A stretch of 64,000 nt of DNA, taken from the NCBI GenBank assembly GCA_945893045.1, contig CAMDEA010000004.1, forward strand, positions 40,717-104,716, in the 5' to 3' direction. The notes under the pieces are model-generated. The model saw nothing but the letters and a program-made list of their open reading frames with translations, did no database searches and had not been told where the DNA came from. How positions within the stretch are numbered: the stretch's first letter is position 1; each line of letters starts with the position of its first letter. Of this stretch, positions 44,830 through 52,464 are shown in pieces. The position numbers and the translations under genes are program-made. This DNA is from Planctomyces sp. SH-PL62. GTDB lineage: Bacteria > Planctomycetota > Planctomycetia > Planctomycetales > Planctomycetaceae.

Positions 44830-46235
44830 GGCATCTTCTCCACGGGGACATACAGCTTGCCGAACTTCGGCGACCAGGCGATCGCTTCGACCGTCGGGTT
44901 ATTGACCGTCATCTGCACGGCCGACGGTTTGAATTTCCCTTCGGCGTCCAAGTCGATCAGACAGATGCGCCCATTCGCTCCGATCGCCAACTGATTGGCT
45001 TTTTCCAAGACCAACGGAGTGCTGTAATACACGAAGTTGTCGTTGGTCATGGTCTGCGGGGCCAGCGTGAGTTGCCCATCGGCGTGCTCCATCCGATTGA
45101 TGCGTCCGTCGTAAATCAGCGTTGCGATATAGATCGACGGAACGGTCGGATGCACGGCGACTCGGTAGCGATACGCGGCATACGGCTGAACGTAGAAATA
45201 ACAGTAGCGCCCCAATCGGTCGGAGAGCACCCAACTGACCGGACCGGAGTGACCCGCCAGAAAAACGGCATCGTCATTGAAGGGGGCGTAGCTGTACGGA
45301 GCCGGCACACTGGCGAACGAGTAGGTGGTCGCCTCCATGTACTTTCGCAAGACGAGCGGCTGCCCGGCGGCTTTCGATTGTTCGATGGCCGCGAGCTTCG
45401 CGATTCGCGCCGCATTGGCGGCAACAGGATCAAGCGGCGGAAGCGGCACGATGGGCTTCACATCTTCCGGCGGCGAATTCGGCGGAGCGAAGGCCGGCAA
45501 TCCGTCGGGATCGAGCACGAACCAGCCGATGGTCGTGACCAGTTTCTTCGTGCGATCCAGTTGCTGCATGTTGGGAACGTACAACCGCGTTATCGCCGAG
45601 TTCAGCGCGAATCCGCCAGCCAGCGCTCCGCAACTGAAGTCCGCTCCGCGCGCCGTGGCGAAGATGAGCTTCGGTTGCGGTTCGTCGAGACCGTAGATCA
45701 ACAGATGATCGAACTCGGCCGAGACGGCCGGATCGGTCCGCTTGTCGTCGGGCAACGGTTCGACATCGTGCCAGACATAAAGCAGCGGCAGCCGAGGATG
45801 ACACAGCAGACCGAGCACATGGTTCGGTCGCGCACTCAACGCAGCCGGCTTCGGCAACGTGATCGTCACCGGATCGCCGGCAACGATTTGTCCCTGAGCA
45901 TCCAATCGGAAGAGCGACACATGCGCTGGAGATTTCGGACGATGCGCCACGGCGAGCACGCCGGCGACATCATTGACCGCGACATGCCTTGCAGCCGGAG
46001 CAACCACGGTGGCCACAAACGGCAACGGAGTTTCCGGGACGGTGCGCACGCGAATTTCACGCTGCGCGAATGCGGGATTGGCCGCACTGATGAAGCAAAA
46101 CAAGACCGCAACGGCCCGCTTGAATTCTGGCAGAACGATGTGGGCAGAACGATGGGAAGAAAATGATTGAGTCACCTTGTTTGACTGCATCATTCTTGTT
46201 CCCATCGTTCTGCCCACATCGTTCTGCCAATTCAC
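44826..46235 (-). CDS. Secreted protein, beta-propeller-like (lactonase/YncE-style repeats)
   Basis: Recurrent blade-end motifs CHPRLPLLYVWHD, AITRLYVPN, VHPTVPSIYIATL, WSPKFGKLYVPVE. Signal-like FKRAVAVLFCFISAANPAFAQ. GTG 46235 overlaps the upstream stop (GTGA); alternative ATGs at 46193 and 46190 lie in the loop of the palindrome. Confidence 0.7.
   Translation of the reverse strand: MNWQNDVGRTMGTRMMQSNKVTQSFSSHRSAHIVLPEFKRAVAVLFCFISAANPAFAQREIRVRTVPETPLPFVATVVAPAARHVAVNDVAGVLAVAHRPKSPAHVSLFRLDAQGQIVAGDPVTITLPKPAALSARPNHVLGLLCHPRLPLLYVWHDVEPLPDDKRTDPAVSAEFDHLLIYGLDEPQPKLIFATARGADFSCGALAGGFALNSAITRLYVPNMQQLDRTKKLVTTIGWFVLDPDGLPAFAPPNSPPEDVKPIVPLPPLDPVAANAARIAKLAAIEQSKAAGQPLVLRKYMEATTYSFASVPAPYSYAPFNDDAVFLAGHSGPVSWVLSDRLGRYCYFYVQPYAAYRYRVAVHPTVPSIYIATLIYDGRINRMEHADGQLTLAPQTMTNDNFVYYSTPLVLEKANQLAIGANGRICLIDLDAEGKFKPSAVQMTVNNPTVEAIAWSPKFGKLYVPVEKMP
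46128..46229. repeat. ~100-bp hairpin with perfect 31-bp arms made of tandem GCAGAACGATG motifs
   Basis: tggcagaacgatgtgggcagaacgatgggaa (46128..46158) / ttcccatcgttctgcccacatcgttctgcca (46199..46229); 40-nt loop that contains ATGATG on the minus strand. Confidence 0.93.
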
Positions 46236-49200
46236 GGCATTCGATCCGGTGCCGCCAACCGTTGGTAGTAGGTCTTCACGGCCTCTTCGTAACCCGGCGG
46301 AACGGATCGCGCGGGGTCATCCAGGACGTTGCCACGGACACGCTGTTCGCGGGGCAGACTCGCCTGGAATCCTGAGTGGGCCTGGTGAAACACCTGCAAC
46401 ACGCCGCGAACTCGTTCGAACGTCTGCTGCTGCAAACGAAAAATCTCCGCCGATGGCCGATCGTTGAGGCTGTGCAGGTTCGCCTGCATCTGGTCAATCA
46501 ATTGGTCGAGGTGTTCGGTCGGCAGATAAAGATTCTTGAGGTCTTTGCGGATCGTCTTCAGTCGCTCGATGATCTGTTCCTGCTTGCCGTTCATGTCGCG
46601 CATCATTTCGGCGACGCTGGCATCGAGTTTCCCGCCCTGACGTTCGACGATCGAATTCTTTGCTTGCGGCTTGTCCATCCGATTGATCATGTCGTCGGTC
46701 CATTCGCCGACATCGCTGAGACTGAACTTGGCGTCATCCGATTCCACCTTCCGTCCACCGATGCCGGTCGAGGTGTCAGATTGCGGATCGTTGCTCTTGG
46801 TTTCTTTGACCGTGTCCTTCTGGTCGGGGACACGATCCTGGCCTTCCTGGACTTTGTCTCGGCCACGGCGATTGATCGATTCATTGCCGACGGCCACGCC
46901 ATGAGCACGCGCCCCTTGCCGACCGATGCGCGACGCTCCGCCGACATTTGTCGTGGGAGGTTTTTGATTGCCGGTCGCTGACGCGGCGGCCGTCGAGTTC
47001 AAATCGCCACCCTGCTTGCCGACGTCGCCCTTCTCGTTGATGTTGAAAGCCGCGTTGAGATTGTAGGTCTCGTAGTTCTCCTTCATCGCGTCTTCTTCTT
47101 CGAGCAGATCGCCGACGAGGTCTTCGAACTTTTCCTGAATGTGCGGCTTGACCTTGTTCCCTTTGCGATCGGATTGGTTCGGGAAGCTTGGTTCGCCACC
47201 GGGAGTTTTCGCCAGGCTGAGATTCTTGAACTCCTGCCGCATCCCTGTGTCTGCTCGCTGCAATCCCGGCACCGCGCTATCGGGAAAGAGATAGTCGTTG
47301 GGCTTCGATTCGTCGTCCCCTTCGCCCTTTTTCTTTTTCTGTTGAGCCACTTCCGCCTGATGAATGATCTCTTCCAGCTTCAACCCGTCGGGTTCATCGA
47401 GCCGATCGTCGGAGTAGCCTTCCTTCAGCTTGCCCAACTCGGCCTGACGGTCGAGCTGGCTCTTGTCGAGTTGGTCTTTCTCCGCCAACAGCTTTCTCGC
47501 CGCTTCCGTCATTGCCTCGCGCAGCTTCGTGTAGATGTCCTCCAGCGCGGCCGCCGCTTGTGTCTGTTGCTGAGCCGCCAGCGACCAGTTTTGCGCTTCG
47601 ATCGCTGATTGAGCCGACTTCTGCATCGCGAGCAACACATCACCGACTAACGCATCGGCGGTTTGAGCAAACGCTTCGCTCAACGGCGACTCGGATTCCG
47701 CAGCTCGTTCGGCCAGCCCGGAAAACGCGGTGGCGGCCAATCCGCACAGTTCGATGAGTTTTTGCTGCCGTCGCGCGGCCGTGACGTGCGTGTTTGGCGA
47801 GCCGGAGGGCGTTAGCCCCCGGACAGTTGAATCGGAATCCGTCCGGGGGCTAACGTCCACCGGCTCGCCTGTTCGATCCGCGAATCGAACCGATTGATCC
47901 CGCAGAATCGCCTGCCGATCAGCGAGCATCCGCAGGAACGGCGTCATGTGGGCCAATTCCCATTCCTTGCGAAAGTGCATGTACTGCTTGTGAATCTCGC
48001 CCAGACTTTGCAGCGTCCGAGCCATTGTGGCTCGCGCGTCGGCAAATGAGGTGCGACGACCGGCCGCGTCATCTCGCGTGGCCACGCTGTCCAATACTCG
48101 AATGGCTCGGATCATTTCCGAATCCGCCAGCATCGCGACTGACAACCGCAAGCTGCCGGCCGGAGGTGCCATCTCGCGAGCGATCCGGCCGGCCGTTTGT
48201 CGCAGTTGATCCTGTGTCTTGGAATGCTCCGCCGCTTCCATGACCAGTGCCTTCACCCGTTCCGGAACATTTCCATCGGCGGCAGGATCGGCATCGAGCT
48301 TGCGAATCAGCACATCGAGCGCCGCATGAAGTTTCTGCTCGACCGCAATCGCGCCCGCGATCTCCGCTTCGGATTTCAGAATCTGCTCGTACAGCAACTG
48401 CAACTGCGAACCATCGCCCGTCATGAGCAACAAGTGCGTGGTTCCTGTCGTCCATGTCTCGGCACGATCCGGCCGCGCATCCGATGCACGAGCGGCCAAC
48501 TCAATTCGATCGCCTTCCGAAACTCCAAAGGTGATCGGCGTGATTTCGACAGGATTCGTTGTCTGCCGAGCGTTGCCTGCCGGCCAAGTTTGAAGCGCGA
48601 TCCAACCGTCATCCTCCATCGGCTCTGCGTTGACGTTGATCTTCACCTTGCGGAAAAACAGCCCGGTGCGTGACAGCCCAATGTCATCCAGCGCATCCAC
48701 CTGCAACGCCATCGCCGAGTCGATCGGCAACTCGCCGTTCGTCGGCAGTCCCGTCAACGTCGGGCGCGGGAGTTCATCGGCCACGGTTCGGATGTTGAAC
48801 CAAGCACTGAGATGCGGAGGTCGATTGGCTCGCTCCGTTTCCAGCGCGTACTCAGTGACGTTCGCAAACGTCAGTTCGCCAGAAAACTCGGTCGCACTGA
48901 GCTTCTTCAATTCGATGTCACCCGAAGCGTGAGCGAGGGAGGATGTTTCCGCATGGTGGTCGGCGGCGACTGGAAGACTCACTCCCTCGCTGACGCTTCG
49001 GGTGACATGGTGATTCGCGTCGTCGGTTGAAGATGCCGAACCTTCCCGCAGCCGCAACCGGACTGCTTCCACCGGTTGATCGAACACGAAATTCAGTTGT
49101 GCTTGGGTTCCTTCGAGCGCCTCCAGATCGCCGCTGGTCTGCACCGACTTGTCGGGCAGTCGCGTGTACTCTGGAAAGTGGTAGTTCACCTCGACCGATT

Positions 49201-50035
49201 GCAGCCGAGCCGGCGTCGGCACCTCGATCCGGTAATACGGACTGGTGAAGTCACCGCCATGCACGGCGTAGGACAGACTCCGCTGAATGTTGCGAAGGGT
49301 GTAAGTCACCGTCTCGCTGTGGACCGAAACCAACTGCGTGCTCCGACGATTCTGTTCGTCGAGAAGAATCGAGATTTCAGCGGGCCGCTCACCGAGAATC
49401 CGCACACGGATCTCGACATCGCCCGACGCTTCGATATTTCCCGGTTCCACCTCCAGCCGTGTCCGATAAACCGGATCGACGGAAGCGAATGGCAGCAGAA
49501 TCCGTTTAGCGGAACTCGCAAACCGCTGAGGCTGCCACATCCAACCAATCGCGGCGATGGCGGTGAATGTTCCCGCCAAAGCCAACCACATCGCGGCCGG
49601 TTGAACTGCGACGGCCGCCGGCAACCGCAGTTGAGAAAGCTGGCGGCAATTCTCCTGAACGAGTGCCGGTGCCAAGGCGTACTGTCCCTGCGCCGACTCA
49701 CGGCTTAACTGCAACGTGTTGATCAGCCGGTTCTGAATCTGACCGGCGAACCGCCGCTCGATCGCCAAGGCAATTTCATCGACAGTCGCATGACGCTCGT
49801 GCCAGCGCTGCGCCAGACTTCGTCCAAACCAAAACAGGACGACCGCGAGACCGCTTGCCGTCGCCAATCGCCCCCATATGGGGAGATGCACGAGGTTGTC
49901 CACCAGCACGGCGAGTAAGAAGTAGCCCCAGACGGCGGACAGAGTCCAACCCAAAGCCCCCAACAGATTCCAGCGCTGCCAGCGCGTGCGTTGCGATTCC
50001 ATCAAATGTCGCAGGCCATCAATGCGATCAATCAT
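46232..50035 (-). CDS. Large two-TM membrane protein with long charged coiled-coil region (DUF4175-like architecture)
   Basis: ATG 50035. TM segments WNLLGALGWTLSAVWGYFLLAVLV and LATASGLAVVLFWFG, followed by DEIALAIERRFAGQIQNRLINTLQL. Long acidic/basic low-complexity and coiled-coil tracts. C-terminus PPGYEEAVKTYYQRLA. The family assignment is from memory of the architecture and is tentative. Confidence 0.85.
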   Translation of the reverse strand: MIDRIDGLRHLMESQRTRWQRWNLLGALGWTLSAVWGYFLLAVLVDNLVHLPIWGRLATASGLAVVLFWFGRSLAQRWHERHATVDEIALAIERRFAGQIQNRLINTLQLSRESAQGQYALAPALVQENCRQLSQLRLPAAVAVQPAAMWLALAGTFTAIAAIGWMWQPQRFASSAKRILLPFASVDPVYRTRLEVEPGNIEASGDVEIRVRILGERPAEISILLDEQNRRSTQLVSVHSETVTYTLRNIQRSLSYAVHGGDFTSPYYRIEVPTPARLQSVEVNYHFPEYTRLPDKSVQTSGDLEALEGTQAQLNFVFDQPVEAVRLRLREGSASSTDDANHHVTRSVSEGVSLPVAADHHAETSSLAHASGDIELKKLSATEFSGELTFANVTEYALETERANRPPHLSAWFNIRTVADELPRPTLTGLPTNGELPIDSAMALQVDALDDIGLSRTGLFFRKVKINVNAEPMEDDGWIALQTWPAGNARQTTNPVEITPITFGVSEGDRIELAARASDARPDRAETWTTGTTHLLLMTGDGSQLQLLYEQILKSEAEIAGAIAVEQKLHAALDVLIRKLDADPAADGNVPERVKALVMEAAEHSKTQDQLRQTAGRIAREMAPPAGSLRLSVAMLADSEMIRAIRVLDSVATRDDAAGRRTSFADARATMARTLQSLGEIHKQYMHFRKEWELAHMTPFLRMLADRQAILRDQSVRFADRTGEPVDVSPRTDSDSTVRGLTPSGSPNTHVTAARRQQKLIELCGLAATAFSGLAERAAESESPLSEAFAQTADALVGDVLLAMQKSAQSAIEAQNWSLAAQQQTQAAAALEDIYTKLREAMTEAARKLLAEKDQLDKSQLDRQAELGKLKEGYSDDRLDEPDGLKLEEIIHQAEVAQQKKKKGEGDDESKPNDYLFPDSAVPGLQRADTGMRQEFKNLSLAKTPGGEPSFPNQSDRKGNKVKPHIQEKFEDLVGDLLEEEDAMKENYETYNLNAAFNINEKGDVGKQGGDLNSTAAASATGNQKPPTTNVGGASRIGRQGARAHGVAVGNESINRRGRDKVQEGQDRVPDQKDTVKETKSNDPQSDTSTGIGGRKVESDDAKFSLSDVGEWTDDMINRMDKPQAKNSIVERQGGKLDASVAEMMRDMNGKQEQIIERLKTIRKDLKNLYLPTEHLDQLIDQMQANLHSLNDRPSAEIFRLQQQTFERVRGVLQVFHQAHSGFQASLPREQRVRGNVLDDPARSVPPGYEEAVKTYYQRLAAPDRMP
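47804..47861. repeat. Family D inverted repeat inside the DUF4175-like CDS
   Basis: cgttagcccccggac (47810..47824) / gtccgggggctaacg (47841..47855), perfect; extendable to 21 nt with 2 mismatches; 16-nt loop. It encodes VSPRTDSDSTVRGLTPSG. Confidence 0.88.
48917..49006. repeat. Family B inverted repeat inside the DUF4175-like CDS (90 bp)
   Basis: gtcacccgaagcgtgagcgaggg (48917..48939) / ccctcgctgacgcttcgggtgac (48984..49006). It encodes VTRSVSEGVSLPVAADHHAETSSLAHASGD in frame. Confidence 0.9.
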
Positions 50036-50261
50036 GTGACCTCAGCCAACACACAGGCAGCTTTTCGTGGAATGCGGCGTCGCGTAAGTTTCGCTCGGCC
50101 AGTATATGCCTCGCCGCAAAGCCTGTTCAACAACGTCGCTGAATTCCAACGGCTAAGCAGAACGTCTCCGGAGGTCGTGTCGATTCGATGGAAAGGTGAC
50201 TGGGCTGCCAAAGCAATGGTCGTGCGAGAGCGATTGGCGTGAAAAGCGGAAAGGGAGACCG

Positions 50262-52055
50262 ATGAGCCGAAAGTACCGCAATCATCGCTTTTCATCCTTT
50301 GTGATGCTGACCGCTGTCTGCATCGGTTCCGGCCAAACCATCCTGGCGGAGAGCGGGCCGCCGGAAGTGCAGGCCGGGTCGCCGACATTGCTCGGAATCA
50401 CGGGATTGTCCGTGAACGGGCAGGTTCATGCGCACGGATTACCGACGACGTGGCAGGTCGAATACGGTGCGACGGCGGCGTATGGCAAGAAGTCCGATGC
50501 GAAGCCGATCCCGCCTCGGCTGGCGGCTCATTATCGCGAGTCGTGGAATGCAGGCTGGAACGGTTGGAACAGTTGGTGTCCCAAGCGGCTCCACTTCAAT
50601 GACGGCGGCCAGCAGAAGGGCTACATCAGTTACGAGGGGAGTCCCCGCGATGACCACAATCACGACGACGGTGTCGGCACCGTGCATCTCACGCCCTACA
50701 TGTATCCCGGCAGCCTCAGCTTGAGCAGCGGCGCGCCCAGCGCGTACCTCGGCGGCGGCGATCCCGATTTCCGCGACGCGATCATCAAGCAGTCGGTGCG
50801 CGGGCGTGACTGGAAGCCCAACGGCACCGAACTCATCTGGTGGTCGCAGGCGCAAAGCAACATCGAAGAGAATCCCGACGACATGACGCTCAGTCCGAAT
50901 TACAAACATCCCAACTGGTCTTACACCGGAAAGAACCTCACCGATCTGCTCGGCACCGGCCAGTGGGAGACCGCCGAGTACCGGCTGTTGAACGATACGA
51001 ATGCCTGGAGCTACTGCGGCAACAACAAAGGTGAGAAACGCTACGACGCCTACTGGTCCATCGACGAGACACAACGGCACTTGAACCTCGACTTGTTCCA
51101 CATGGTGATGTTCGTCGATCCCAACCACCGGCCGACCGGCGCGATCGACTTCGATGAGTTTGAAGTGACCTATCGGAATTACTCGCTGGCGTTTCCCAGC
51201 AACGGCGGCCAGTTGATTTCGTCGCCGAGCGGTTCCGCCGATGCTCCGAAGAACCTCACCGACGGCTGGCGAAACGGCGCGGAAAAGATGTGGAAGAGCG
51301 CCGCCCATCCGAGCGGCCCGCTGGAGTTCATCTACGAGTTCGCGAAACCGGTGACGATCGAGAAGGTCCAGTTGCATCAGCATCCAGAGTGGCCGAGCAA
51401 GGAGGTTGAAGTCCTCGTGTCCGAAGAGGGCACGAATTGGAAGCCGCTCGTCCGCGGCGAGATGCTCGACAAACATCCGCACGGAGCGAACTACAACTTC
51501 CTGCTGAAAAAGAAATTGTCTGCGCGGGCCAAACAAGCGAAGGTGCGGATTCTCTCCGGCCACAAGCCCGAACACTGGGGACTCGGCGAGATCGAATTCT
51601 TCGGCACCGGAGCGGTCTCTCTGCCCGATGACGACTGGTTCCATGTGAACGTCGATCTGTTGGATCTCCAGCCCGGCGAAACGATCCATTACCGCTTGAT
51701 CGCTATGAACGCGAAGGGCACGGCCACCGGCGTCGATCAGATGTTCTCGCTGCCGGCGGACACGCGACCGCATGTCATCACCGGCCCCGCGAGCCGCATT
51801 CATGACGGCACGGCGAAAGTCGAAGGCCGGCTCAACCCGCTCGGCAAGAAGACTGAGTTCTTTTTTGAATTCGGCCCGACGAAAGTCTACGGACGCAAAA
51901 CGTCTCCACGCTATGGCGGCCTGCAAATCACGCCGCGACTGGCTTTCGACACACTCACCGATTTGATCCCCGGTGCGACGTACCACTATCGGCTCGTCGC
52001 CGTGAACGAAACCGGAACAACCTACGGCGAGGATGCGACACTGGAATCGAAGTAG
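50262..52055 (+). CDS. Secreted protein with F5/8-type-C (discoidin)-like domain and Fn3/PKD-like repeats
   Basis: I prefer ATG 50262, preceded by GGAAAGGGAG (MSRKYRNHRFSSFVMLTAVCIGSGQTILA). Discoidin-like LEFIYEFAKPVTIEKVQLHQHPEWPSKEVEVLVSEEGTNWKPL..WGLGEIEFFG. Repeated TWQVEYGATAAYGKKS, GETIHYRLIAMNAKGTATG, GATYHYRLVAVNETGTTYGED. Confidence 0.8.
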   Translation: MSRKYRNHRFSSFVMLTAVCIGSGQTILAESGPPEVQAGSPTLLGITGLSVNGQVHAHGLPTTWQVEYGATAAYGKKSDAKPIPPRLAAHYRESWNAGWNGWNSWCPKRLHFNDGGQQKGYISYEGSPRDDHNHDDGVGTVHLTPYMYPGSLSLSSGAPSAYLGGGDPDFRDAIIKQSVRGRDWKPNGTELIWWSQAQSNIEENPDDMTLSPNYKHPNWSYTGKNLTDLLGTGQWETAEYRLLNDTNAWSYCGNNKGEKRYDAYWSIDETQRHLNLDLFHMVMFVDPNHRPTGAIDFDEFEVTYRNYSLAFPSNGGQLISSPSGSADAPKNLTDGWRNGAEKMWKSAAHPSGPLEFIYEFAKPVTIEKVQLHQHPEWPSKEVEVLVSEEGTNWKPLVRGEMLDKHPHGANYNFLLKKKLSARAKQAKVRILSGHKPEHWGLGEIEFFGTGAVSLPDDDWFHVNVDLLDLQPGETIHYRLIAMNAKGTATGVDQMFSLPADTRPHVITGPASRIHDGTAKVEGRLNPLGKKTEFFFEFGPTKVYGRKTSPRYGGLQITPRLAFDTLTDLIPGATYHYRLVAVNETGTTYGEDATLESK

Positions 52056-52065
52056 CCGCCGCCGG

Positions 52066-52123
52066 CATCAATTCCCACAGGCTGCCAGCGCGAAGCCGTC
52101 ACGGAGGAACTGGCTGATCGCGA
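52066..52123. repeat. Second copy of the ~55-bp sequence at 9669..9722
   Basis: See 9669..9722. Here it forms the 5' part of the putative histidine-kinase relic. Confidence 0.75.
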
Positions 52124-52400
52124 AGCGGGAGAACAAACCGATCGTGTCGCTGCGACTGTTGGGCAAGCTGACCTACGAATTGAGCTGCGCGAACATGGTC
52201 GCAAACGTGCTGGCTTATGCGCGGTTGGAAAAGGGACGTCCGACCAATCGCACCGAAGAATGATCGCTCGGCGACCTGCTGGATCGCTGCTGGCCGCGCT
52301 GGTGGCAGCGTGTGTCAGAATCGCCATTGCGTTTGGAACTGATCCTCTCCGAACGAGTTCGCGACACGCGGCTCACCAGCCTGACCTGCATGTTCCTAAC
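52084..52400 (+). pseudogene. Possible frameshifted fragment of a sensor histidine kinase
   Basis: One frame reads ..LGKLTYELSCANMVANVLAYARLEKGRPTNRTEE*. This resembles the NVLAYARLERGR segment downstream of the H-box in a histidine-kinase family, recalled from memory. The next frame continues LGDLLDRCWPRWWQRVSESPLRLELILSE... There is no intact start, H-box or ATP-binding domain. Confidence 0.35.
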
Positions 52401-52464
52401 GGCATCCATTGCGCGTCGCGCCAGCCTGGAAAGTACGACAAAACTCCGCACCAACAAATCGGTT

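Larger units (their letters stand above)
31187..50035 (-). other. Ten-gene operon (MoxR-vWA/Bat-like core plus six accessory genes)
   Basis: All genes are on the minus strand. Stop/start overlaps: 46232-46235 (GTGA), 44826-44829 (GTGA), 41327-41330 (ATGA), 39648-39651 (ATGA), 35733-35736 (ATGA), 33428-33432 (TGATG). There is an 8-nt gap at 44117-44124. The only real gaps flank moxR, and both are filled by palindromic repeats. Confidence 0.75.

Noticed and set aside
31880-46166. Long plus-strand ORFs inside the minus-strand operon: 31880..32950, 34481..35575, 35808..36578, 36874..37863, 38419..38955, 39954..41444, 41375..42793, 42851..43837, 44715..46166
   Set aside because: The minus strand encodes unmistakable MoxR, DUF58, BatA-N/vWA, DUF4159, PA14 and PKD sequences. 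The plus-strand ORFs are antisense artefacts.
3658-49006. CRISPR array hypothesis for the recurring palindromic repeats
   Set aside because: The copies are scattered over 45 kb and belong to different sequence families. They occur as inverted pairs rather than regularly spaced direct repeats, and no cas genes are present.
52033-52263. 76-aa ORF as an intact small gene
   Set aside because: It starts inside the upstream gene and lacks a ribosome-binding context. It is better explained as one frame of a decayed histidine-kinase fragment.
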